From positions 258,373 through 322,372 of the IMG/VR virus record IMGVR_UViG_3300031951_000001: 64,000 bases of DNA. One strand, 5' to 3'. Position numbers and translations under genes: made by a program. Under the pieces are notes generated by a model. The model was not told the DNA's origin. It searched no databases and was given only the letters and a program-made list of their open reading frames with translations. Position 1 is the stretch's first letter. Each line of letters starts with the position of its first letter. Below are positions 40,013-48,054 of the stretch, piece by piece.

Positions 40013-42385
40013 ATGGATTTGTTTAATCCCCCACCAAATTTCAACTATAAAAAAATGATTCATAAGTTAGATACTAATTCGCTTGATAATCCATACATAC
40101 AGGTCGTATGGGAGGATTATGCTGAAAATATCACGCAAGAAAAGATAAAAAGCGTAAGACATTATTTTCAAAAGAAGTATCTATCAACAAATGTTAATGT
40201 CATAACCAAGACAAAGACATCTGATGAGACCGTTCAGACAGTTGATATTTCATTCAATGTATTGGATAAGAATTATCAACTTGAATTAATGAAGTCTTTT
40301 TTAACTAATAAGGGTAATGATAACCTTTATGATGAAATTTATAAGTTGGATGGTATTGTTGATAGTAAGTTGGCGATGGATGACTCTGAAGTAACACCAT
40401 TCAAACGGTGGTATATCAAAAAAATAGAGTTCTCTAACTTTCTATCATATGGGGAAAATCAAGTTGTTGATTTCACAAAGTGTGATGGTATCACGGTGAT
40501 TGAGTCTAACCCACCAAACTTTGGAGGTAAGACCGTATTGTCGGTTGACTTGTTATTGTTCCTATTCTTCAATGAGACTACCAAGACATCAAAGGCTGAA
40601 GAGGTATTCAATCGTTTCACGGATAAGAACAAGGTATCTGTCAAAGGTGAAATCATTATTGATGGTGATGAATACATTATTGTTCGTAACATTGAACGTA
40701 AGAAGTCTAAAGCTGGTGATTGGAATGTTAAGACCGAGCTAGACTTCTTTAAGAAACTATCTGATGGTAGTCTTATGAATTTCACTGGTGAGCAAAGACG
40801 TGAGACTGAAACGTTTATCAAGAATTCTATTGGGTCAAAGGAAGATTTTCTTATGACTATCCTTACAACGGCAACTAATCTTGAGGATTTGATTGACTCT
40901 AAACCAACAGCTCGTGGTCAAGTGTTATCACGATTTATGGGTCTTGAGTTTCTAAAACGTAAGGAAGACGCTGCGAAGGAAGTGTTCAGTGAGTTTTCAA
41001 AATCAATGATTTCAAATGTTCATAATAGTGAGCAATTGAAAACTGAAATTGAGAATTGTAAAAACGGTATTCAAGAACATAAGAATACCATTGGTGAGAG
41101 ACAGAGTGAATTAATTGATGTTCAGAACAGAATTATCAAAGGTCAAGAATATCGTGATGGGTTGTTAAAGAACAAACACACCGATATTGATAAAGAGATT
41201 AGTATGGTACAACCGGCTCAAGTTAAGTCCGAGATTGCCGACCTAAACTTCAAGAAAGATGTTGTGGTTAAACAATTATCTGAAGTCAAAGTTGTTGAAC
41301 CATCCAAGTATTATCACGAAGACAAACACGATAAAGTTAAAGATGAATACAACAAATCATTTAAACAAATGGTTGAGGTTGAAAGTAAGATTAAATCAAT
41401 TGAAGAATTAAAGAGTTCTGTTGAAGGTGGAATAAAATGTGAACACTGTGGAATTGACTTAATGATGGCCTCAATTACACAATCTAAAATTGCCGAACTT
41501 GATGGTTATATCCAGCAAAAAGACCAAATTTATACCACAATGCAGGTTTTAACCAGCACAGAACAAACATTTGTTAGACTTAAAAAAGAATTTGATGAAT
41601 ACGAAAAGAATAAACTAGTCAAAGAAAAACTCGACTTGAGCATTGAAAGTTTTGATATGAAAATTGAGAAACTCCATGACAAATTGAAAAAGTACGAAGA
41701 GGCCCAAGACAAAATTCAAGAAAATACCAAAATTGAAGAACAACTCCTCAAAGCCAATATGAGACTTGACGATTTGGAAAATCAAAAAACGTCAGTTAAT
41801 AATGAGTTAACTCGTCTCAACTTTGACATTGAAAAACTTAATGATAAGATTGATAATAACAATAAGATTATTGAGAAGATAAAGCAAGAAGCGGAGAGAG
41901 AAAAAATCTATAAAGTTTATTTGGAGATTTATGGTAAGAACGGAATTTCAAAGATTATCATGAAAACCATGATGCCACTTATCAACTCTGAACTTCAAAG
42001 ACTTTTAGAAAACAGTTGTCATTTCAGATTGGAAATTCAAATTAATGAAAAGAATGAGGTTGAATTCATCATGGTTGATAACAATACCCAAGTTGAAAAA
42101 CTTATGTCATCAGGGTCAGGGTATGAACGTACAATAGCATCGCTGGCGTTAAGAGCGGTATTAAGTAAGATATGTTCATTACCAAAACCAAATATCATAG
42201 TTTTTGATGAAGTTTTTGGTAAAATATCTAATGATAATCTTGAAATGGTTTCAGAATTTTTCACAAAAATCAAAGATTATTTTGAAAAAATTTTCTTAAT
42301 AACTCACAATCCATTAGTTACCAACTGGTCGGATAATGTTATCAGGATTAGAAAGGAAGAAAATATTAGCTACGTGTCACAATAA
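40013..42385 (+). CDS. sbcC: Rad50/SbcC (T4 gp46-like) SMC ATPase
   Basis: 'IEFSNFLSYG', Walker A 'NFGGKT', coiled coil with CEHC zinc hook, 'SGSGYE' signature, Walker B 'VFDEVFG', 'LITH'. Confidence 0.9.
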   Translation: MDLFNPPPNFNYKKMIHKLDTNSLDNPYIQVVWEDYAENITQEKIKSVRHYFQKKYLSTNVNVITKTKTSDETVQTVDISFNVLDKNYQLELMKSFLTNKGNDNLYDEIYKLDGIVDSKLAMDDSEVTPFKRWYIKKIEFSNFLSYGENQVVDFTKCDGITVIESNPPNFGGKTVLSVDLLLFLFFNETTKTSKAEEVFNRFTDKNKVSVKGEIIIDGDEYIIVRNIERKKSKAGDWNVKTELDFFKKLSDGSLMNFTGEQRRETETFIKNSIGSKEDFLMTILTTATNLEDLIDSKPTARGQVLSRFMGLEFLKRKEDAAKEVFSEFSKSMISNVHNSEQLKTEIENCKNGIQEHKNTIGERQSELIDVQNRIIKGQEYRDGLLKNKHTDIDKEISMVQPAQVKSEIADLNFKKDVVVKQLSEVKVVEPSKYYHEDKHDKVKDEYNKSFKQMVEVESKIKSIEELKSSVEGGIKCEHCGIDLMMASITQSKIAELDGYIQQKDQIYTTMQVLTSTEQTFVRLKKEFDEYEKNKLVKEKLDLSIESFDMKIEKLHDKLKKYEEAQDKIQENTKIEEQLLKANMRLDDLENQKTSVNNELTRLNFDIEKLNDKIDNNNKIIEKIKQEAEREKIYKVYLEIYGKNGISKIIMKTMMPLINSELQRLLENSCHFRLEIQINEKNEVEFIMVDNNTQVEKLMSSGSGYERTIASLALRAVLSKICSLPKPNIIVFDEVFGKISNDNLEMVSEFFTKIKDYFEKIFLITHNPLVTNWSDNVIRIRKEENISYVSQ

Positions 42386-42416
42386 TTTGTGTAATTGAAA
42401 AGTTTGAGTATCTTTG
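42386..42416 (+). promoter_or_regulatory. Bacteroidota-type promoter TTTG-N19-TATCTTTG
   Basis: TTTG 42386-42389 and TATCTTTG 42409-42416, upstream of ATG 42432. Confidence 0.7.
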
Positions 42417-42431
42417 TCAAAAATTAATCAT

Positions 42432-42929
42432 ATGAACTACTTATTAATTGTATTCGGAAAAAATATGAACGAAGTGTCGGCAATCGATATTTGCGAAAAA
42501 ATTACAGGAGAAGAAAAAATTCATGAGGTACAATACCATGTAACCGATGACTCCATAACAATACTGTTCAAGAGTATTCTGGCCCAAAAGAAACTACATC
42601 AAATTTTCTCACCAATTTTTGGAGAAAAGAACACAATCTATGTTCTATTAGAAAATGTCAGCGACATAAACTCCGCTAACATGGCTAAAGGAATTTACCA
42701 AATGTTCTTCAATAATGAAGAGGTGAATGAAAATGAAGAAGTGATAGAATTTGAAGAGGAGGAAGAATTTGATATCGATGTTAGTAAATTAAGAGACTTA
42801 TTGAATAAGAAAGTTGAAGAAAAAGAATTAACTTTGGACGAAATCTTGGATAAGATTAATACCCAAGGGATATATTCACTAACAGATAAAGAAAAAAAAC
42901 AATTAGATAATTACGCAAACAATATATGA
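42432..42929 (+). CDS. Hypothetical protein with C-terminal DUF6576-like motif
   Basis: 'LDEILDKINTQGIYSLTDKEKKQL'; ATG 42432 lies downstream of the promoter. Confidence 0.6.
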   Translation: MNYLLIVFGKNMNEVSAIDICEKITGEEKIHEVQYHVTDDSITILFKSILAQKKLHQIFSPIFGEKNTIYVLLENVSDINSANMAKGIYQMFFNNEEVNENEEVIEFEEEEEFDIDVSKLRDLLNKKVEEKELTLDEILDKINTQGIYSLTDKEKKQLDNYANNI

Positions 42930-43726
42930 AAGACAAAAACACAGGTATTCCTATTAACCAAGAAGAAATTCAATATTACCTCAAAGACATTCGCAAAATA
43001 AAGGTAATGTCTCCCGAACGTGAGCGTGAGCTCGCCTCAAGAATGTTGTCTGAAAACATTACAGATAAGGAACGTAAAGAAATTGAAAAAGAATTGTTGA
43101 TTGGTAACTTACGTTTTGTAATTACCGTGGCCAAACAATATCAGAATCAAGGATTAGATTTCCCTGACCTCATTGCCGAAGGTAACTTGGGTCTTATGAA
43201 AGCTATCCATAACTTTGATTGGAGTAAAAATCTTCGTTTCATATCATACGCAGTGTGGTGGGTTAAACAATCAATCCTTCAATCTCTTAACGACAATGCT
43301 CGTACAATCCGACTACCAGTAAATGTTGTACAGGACCTACAACGAGCAAAGAAAGAGGTTGAGTCAAAGGGTGGTAAGTTGGATGAGAAGTTTGAGATGT
43401 TACCTTCGATTATTGACCTTGATATGAATATCAATGAGGAAGGTGATACACTTGTCGATATTATTAAAAATGAAGACGCTGACATGCCTGACGCGGTATT
43501 CAACAACAAAGATGTACTGAAGTCGGAGTTAATCAATCTTCTAAACGTTTTGGACGAACGTGAAAAAGTAATCGTACTTGACTACTTTGGTCTAACTGGT
43601 ACTCCACGAACATTGGAAGATATCGGAACAGATTTTGGTCTTACCAAAGAACGTGTAAGACAAATCAAAGAGAAAGCGTTGAGGAAATTACGAAACGAAA
43701 GTTCAGTACTTTTCGACTACATGTAA
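42926..43726 (+). CDS. RNA polymerase sigma-70 factor (RpoD/RpoS-like, lacking region 1.1)
   Basis: 'NLRFVITVAKQY', 'DLIAEGNLGLMKA', 'RFISYAVWW', 'RTIRLP', 'TLEDIG...LTKERVRQIKEKALRKLR'. Confidence 0.92.
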   Translation: MKDKNTGIPINQEEIQYYLKDIRKIKVMSPERERELASRMLSENITDKERKEIEKELLIGNLRFVITVAKQYQNQGLDFPDLIAEGNLGLMKAIHNFDWSKNLRFISYAVWWVKQSILQSLNDNARTIRLPVNVVQDLQRAKKEVESKGGKLDEKFEMLPSIIDLDMNINEEGDTLVDIIKNEDADMPDAVFNNKDVLKSELINLLNVLDEREKVIVLDYFGLTGTPRTLEDIGTDFGLTKERVRQIKEKALRKLRNESSVLFDYM

Positions 43727-43736
43727 AAAATAAAAG

Positions 43737-43768
43737 ACCTTCTATTTATTATAATAGAAGGTTTTTTA
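43737..43768 (+). terminator. Rho-independent terminator after the sigma gene; overlaps a TATTTAT motif
   Basis: ACCTTCTATT-tattat-AATAGAAGGT followed by a T run. Confidence 0.75.
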
Positions 43769-43787
43769 CTTTTATAATAAAACTATC

Positions 43788-44084
43788 ATGAAAAAAGTAT
43801 TAGAATTTTTAGACGCATGGGGTGTTAGAATTTCAAGTATTCTCATCCTTATTATCTTTTTCAAAACCTGTAGTACTAACACACGTATAGAAAAGGTTAA
43901 AGATGTATCCTTAAAAAATAATGAGAGAATTGACTCTTTGGCTATCGAATTGAGAAAAGAAATCAAAATCGAAGGTTTGGAGGCGGAGAGAAGAATGATT
44001 CAATCAACCGATAGAGAGTTGATGGATGTTACAAGACAAGAAAGGATTGGTAATATCATCGACAGTTTAAAAACTCGTAAATGA
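43788..44084 (+). CDS. Small membrane-anchored coiled-coil protein
   Basis: 98 aa; N-terminal hydrophobic helix followed by 'FKTCS' (possible lipoprotein Cys). Confidence 0.6.
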   Translation: MKKVLEFLDAWGVRISSILILIIFFKTCSTNTRIEKVKDVSLKNNERIDSLAIELRKEIKIEGLEAERRMIQSTDRELMDVTRQERIGNIIDSLKTRK

Positions 44085-44929
44085 GAAAAATATTTAACTG
44101 GGTTGTAGAACACCCCAACAGAACTATGTTCTTGATACCAATTATATTGGTAGCTATTATCTCAATATCCCACGTCGTTTCTTGGTATGACATAGCCAAT
44201 CCATTTAATTGGGCCATCTACTTATCAATTGCAATTGAGATTGGTGCAATGACGGCTCTTGTTGCTGCAACCAACAAAATTAAAGGAGGGGTTTGGTTTA
44301 TGTTTGGGTTGATTACCTTCATTCAAATGATTGGTAATATCTACTTCTCGTTTAAAGAAATTGAGGTTAATGGGGAATTATTCAGGTCTTGGGTTGAATT
44401 AACATCACCTGTATGGGAAGCTCTTGGCTCTGATATGTCTGATATGACATCGGCAAGAAGATGGTTGGCGTTTCTTGAAGGAGGTTTGTTACCTATTATA
44501 TCATTGACATCGCTTCACTTCTTTACAAAATACGATGTTGGGAAAAAAGAAAACAAAATTGGAATTGAAAAGATTGTTGTTGAAAAAACGGTAGAAGTAC
44601 CGGTTGAAAAGATTGTCGAGGTGGAGAAAATTGTTGAAGTACCTGTTGATAAGATTGTGGAAGTTGAAAAGATAGTTGAGGTAGAAAGAATAGTCGAGGT
44701 ACCCGTTGAAAAGATAGTTGAAGTACCAGTTAGAGACGAGCAATCATACGCACAACTATTATCAAGGATTGCTGAATTAGAAAAAATGCAACCTCCTGTT
44801 GTTGAGAAAATAGTTGAAGTCCCCGTCGAAAAAATAGTTGAGGTGGAGAAGATAGTCGAAGTACCGGTCTATATTGAAAAAGGTAACGATGATGATGAAA
44901 ACTCAAGAAGATTGACCTACTCAAAGTAA
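44081..44929 (+). CDS. Multi-pass membrane protein with EKIVEVP (alveolin/articulin-like) repeats
   Basis: About four TM segments, then repeated VEKIVEVP(V) units. Confidence 0.75.
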   Translation: MRKIFNWVVEHPNRTMFLIPIILVAIISISHVVSWYDIANPFNWAIYLSIAIEIGAMTALVAATNKIKGGVWFMFGLITFIQMIGNIYFSFKEIEVNGELFRSWVELTSPVWEALGSDMSDMTSARRWLAFLEGGLLPIISLTSLHFFTKYDVGKKENKIGIEKIVVEKTVEVPVEKIVEVEKIVEVPVDKIVEVEKIVEVERIVEVPVEKIVEVPVRDEQSYAQLLSRIAELEKMQPPVVEKIVEVPVEKIVEVEKIVEVPVYIEKGNDDDENSRRLTYSK

Positions 44930-44937
44930 AATGACCT

Positions 44938-45540
44938 ATGTTCGAATTAATAAAATACGGAGAGTTTGAAGTAGGGGACCACAACAACAAAATTCAGATA
45001 ATATTACTTAATACTTTAAGAGACAAAGAAACGTTTTTGAACTCCGCGAAGTATAGATTTAACGGGAAAAATCAAAAAATACCTAACTACTTAATCACTA
45101 GGGAAGGTAAGATTATTCAACTATTAGAAAACACTGAAAGTCCTAAATTCTTTTTGGATAAAAAAATAAATCAGAATTCTATTATAGTCTGTTTAGAAAA
45201 TTTAGGTTGGTTACAAAAAGAACCTTTAAACGAGAATTACATTAACTGGATTGGAGATATTTATAAAGGTAATGTGTTCGAAAAAAAGTGGAGGGATTAT
45301 TTCTTTTGGGAACCTTATAGTGAAATACAAATCGAAGCGACAGCTTTTATATGTAAAAAATTGTTCGAAGAAATATCCATAAAGAAGCAAGTGGTAGGAC
45401 ACAATACCAAAATTAATGGAGCCGAGAGAACAGAGGGAGTTTTATGTAGAAGTAATTTCAGTCAAGATTTTACTGACGTAAATCCTTCTTTCGATTTTGA
45501 ACTTTTTTTAAAATATATAGAAGATGAACAATTCACATGA
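44938..45540 (+). CDS. Amidase_2 (N-acetylmuramoyl-L-alanine amidase)-fold protein, probably catalytically degenerate
   Basis: 'NYLITREGKIIQL', 'NQNSIIVCLE', 'YSEIQIEA', 'VVGH', 'DVNPSFDF'; no His in the first Zn-ligand strand. Confidence 0.65.
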   Translation: MFELIKYGEFEVGDHNNKIQIILLNTLRDKETFLNSAKYRFNGKNQKIPNYLITREGKIIQLLENTESPKFFLDKKINQNSIIVCLENLGWLQKEPLNENYINWIGDIYKGNVFEKKWRDYFFWEPYSEIQIEATAFICKKLFEEISIKKQVVGHNTKINGAERTEGVLCRSNFSQDFTDVNPSFDFELFLKYIEDEQFT

Positions 45541-46141
45541 TGAAATTAAAAAATTACTTCGAGCATCTCGTGAGATGTTGTCTAGTACTGAAGTAATTGA
45601 CGAAACAAATAGAATTAAAAACCAATACGGTATTCTAACTGAACAAGGAGTTAGCTTGGTTGGGGGCGGTAATGTCACTAAAAAACTTAATGTTGCTAAA
45701 TCTGTTGAAGATGAAATTGAGGATGACGAACAAGAAATGGACCCATCCAAAGAGGATAAGAAACAGGCTTACAGAATATCAGGAGGTATTTTAGTATTAC
45801 ACGGAAAGGACAAGACAGATTTAGAATTGACTACCGACGAGAAAATCGCGTTCCAAGAAACTATGGACGAATTCGTGTCAGAAGTTTCCGATTTAGTAGA
45901 TTTCAACAAATTAAATGTATATACAAACAATGTTGAATGGTCAGGTAAAATTATTGATTTTGATATAGAATTTTTCTACTCGATAGGTGAAGAAAATGGA
46001 ATCTATCTAAATGGAGAAATGATTAAAACTGACGAGAAATTTTTGGATTTGATAACAAAACTAAAAACTTATTATGAAAAATTCAAATCTAAATGGGCTA
46101 AAATTTTGGCTTCTCGTAAAAAAACAAAACCTGAAGAATGA
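45524..46141 (+). CDS. Hypothetical protein
   Basis: 205 aa ORF in the operon. Confidence 0.65.
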   Translation: MNNSHDEIKKLLRASREMLSSTEVIDETNRIKNQYGILTEQGVSLVGGGNVTKKLNVAKSVEDEIEDDEQEMDPSKEDKKQAYRISGGILVLHGKDKTDLELTTDEKIAFQETMDEFVSEVSDLVDFNKLNVYTNNVEWSGKIIDFDIEFFYSIGEENGIYLNGEMIKTDEKFLDLITKLKTYYEKFKSKWAKILASRKKTKPEE

Positions 46142-46497
46142 TGAACTTGAAAGATATTATAAGTAATTTACTAATCATCGCAGTTGGTGCTTTGGTTGTG
46201 TATTCATTAATGCTTACTACAGATTTAAGTGTTGATGTTAAATCTTACTATGACAGAGTTGATGGGTTACAGACCAAAATTGATTCTGCTATGGCGGTCA
46301 ATCAAAGAATTGACAATAAAATTGCTAAACTCGACTCGGCTATTTTGGTTATTAATAACGAAATACACCTTGTTGATGAAAACATAAACATAATTAAAAC
46401 TAGAACAAATGCCAAAGTTTCTGCTGTTGATAATTTTAACTATTCTGAACTTCAAAAGTTTTTCTCAAAAAGATACAACCCAAATAACCCTAAGTAA
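46138..46497 (+). CDS. N-terminally anchored coiled-coil protein (i-spanin-like)
   Basis: TM helix followed by heptad repeats; overlaps the next gene by 89 nt. Confidence 0.5.
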   Translation: MMNLKDIISNLLIIAVGALVVYSLMLTTDLSVDVKSYYDRVDGLQTKIDSAMAVNQRIDNKIAKLDSAILVINNEIHLVDENINIIKTRTNAKVSAVDNFNYSELQKFFSKRYNPNNPK

Positions 46498-46816
46498 CCA
46501 AACTGCCAAGTTAGTTATAAAGGATATTTTAGCCGGTGACGGGTGTAAAGAAGAGCTCGAGCAAACTTACCTAAAGATTGCTAAAATGGAGGAAAGAGAT
46601 ATCCAAAAGGATAGTGTTATTTATTTCCTTAAAGAAAAGGATTTAAATAATCAAAACATTATAGGTTATAAAGATGGTCAAATAGGACAATTAAGAGAAT
46701 TGTCTAAAAATTTAGAAGACGCAATAGAAGACCAAAATGATAAAATAAAATGGTGGAGACGAGGAGCTATTGCTGGAGGAGTTACCACATTACTATTATT
46801 AATAATTGCTTTTTAA
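46409..46816 (+). CDS. Signal-peptide, coiled-coil, C-terminal TM protein (possible spanin partner)
   Basis: 'MPKFLLLIILTILNFKSFS|Q' signal; C-term 'WWRRGAIAGGVTTLLLLIIAF'. Confidence 0.5.
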   Translation: MPKFLLLIILTILNFKSFSQKDTTQITLSNQTAKLVIKDILAGDGCKEELEQTYLKIAKMEERDIQKDSVIYFLKEKDLNNQNIIGYKDGQIGQLRELSKNLEDAIEDQNDKIKWWRRGAIAGGVTTLLLLIIAF

Positions 46817-46817
46817 C

Positions 46818-47063
46818 ATGGCACTTTCAGACACCGATAAAAAACAAATTGAAGTCATGATACGTAAAGAAATCAAAGACTTCATTGGTAGTAATACCAT
46901 GAGACAATATGAAGACAAACTTATTGACACTATTTCTCGAGAAATCAAAAGAGGAAAGATTGAGGGAGATGTTAAAGAGGTAGTCATAAAAGTATTCAGA
47001 GAGTTTTACAATTTTATGTGGACTCAAAGAGGATATTGGGAACCAAGATTGAAAAATGCTTAA
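46818..47063 (+). CDS. Hypothetical protein
   Basis: ATG 46818, 'MALSDTDKKQIE...'. Confidence 0.6.
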   Translation: MALSDTDKKQIEVMIRKEIKDFIGSNTMRQYEDKLIDTISREIKRGKIEGDVKEVVIKVFREFYNFMWTQRGYWEPRLKNA

Positions 47064-47301
47064 AGAAGAAGAAAGTTTTACCAATAGGCTTAAAAGTGAA
47101 ATTAATACCCAAGCCGGTAGAAGTGGTGTCGTACATAAGTATGGTAGTGACGCGGTAATGTCAATTAATAAACTTACACAATCTTTAGGTGAGGATGAAA
47201 TGGAAGAGGACTGGTCTGAAAAGTATAAAAAAAGTATTGACTGTAATAACCCAAAGGATTTAGTCAAAGAGCTCATTGTCAAGGGAGGAAAAAGAAAATG
47301 A
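47056..47301 (+). CDS. Hypothetical protein; 5' part of a probable frameshifted gene joined to 47298-48023
   Basis: Ends '...WSEKYKKSIDCNNPK'; the -1 frame continues GFSQRAHCQGRKKK into ATG 47298. Confidence 0.65.
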   Translation: MLKEEESFTNRLKSEINTQAGRSGVVHKYGSDAVMSINKLTQSLGEDEMEEDWSEKYKKSIDCNNPKDLVKELIVKGGKRK

Positions 47302-48023
47302 AAGAAAATATAACCGAAGCCGAAAGAACATTAATGGCAAGATTGAAAGACTTGGCAAGAAAACACGTCAAGGGTGACTCAAAAGATGCTAACCGAAAGG
47401 AAAAAATACAAAAAATGTTTGACATGTTAGTAAAACAACTTCACAAAGGTACAAAGGTGGAGATGGAACACGACATGGGTAAAGAGGAGGCTCAAAAAAT
47501 AGCTTTAGACCATTTGGAGGAATTTCCTGATTATTATACACGTTTAAAAAAGGCGGAGGCGGCTGAAGCCACAGGCTCGGGCTCGGCTGGTGGGTTTGAG
47601 GTCCCCTTATTTTCTGAACCAAAAAAACTTGATAGTATGTTCAAATCAGAACAACCTAAAAAGAAAGTTAAAGGAGGTTTTGTTAATGACGAAACCCCCA
47701 AGAAGGTCGAGGCTACCGAAGCTACCAGCTCTTCTTCTGTTGGTGCCTATGACGCACCAGGTTTTGAAGATGTTAAAATGAAAGGTAATAATGAACGTGG
47801 TTCAGGTAGGTCATATAAGAATACACAAATACCTGGTGGAAAATTTGTTAAAGTTAAGGAAAAATGTAAAAAATTTCCTTATTGTAATCAGGGAGATATT
47901 AAAGCTTTGAAAATTTGGGAGAATAAGACACTCCAAAAAGTCATAACAGACATAAGTAAAAAACAGAATATTAGTGAGAGTGTAATCAAAAATATTATTG
48001 CTTACGAACTAGGATTAATTTAA
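47298..48023 (+). CDS. DUF5661-like domain protein (3' part of the frameshifted gene)
   Basis: 'KGTKVEMEH...AQKIALDHLEEFPDYYTRL'; repeated 'EAT.S.S.G.(F/Y)..P'. Confidence 0.65.
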   Translation: MKENITEAERTLMARLKDLARKHVKGDSKDANRKEKIQKMFDMLVKQLHKGTKVEMEHDMGKEEAQKIALDHLEEFPDYYTRLKKAEAAEATGSGSAGGFEVPLFSEPKKLDSMFKSEQPKKKVKGGFVNDETPKKVEATEATSSSSVGAYDAPGFEDVKMKGNNERGSGRSYKNTQIPGGKFVKVKEKCKKFPYCNQGDIKALKIWENKTLQKVITDISKKQNISESVIKNIIAYELGLI

Positions 48024-48032
48024 TTAAATTGA

Positions 48033-48040
48033 TATTTATA
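48033..48040 (+). promoter_or_regulatory. TATTTATA putative late-promoter motif
   Basis: Intergenic, 14 nt before ATG 48055. Confidence 0.55.
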
Positions 48041-48054
48041 TAAAAAAATTAAAG

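Noticed and set aside
46827-47282. 151 aa minus-strand ORF
   Set aside because: Antisense to a coherent + strand operon, Ser/Leu-rich shadow composition and no motif
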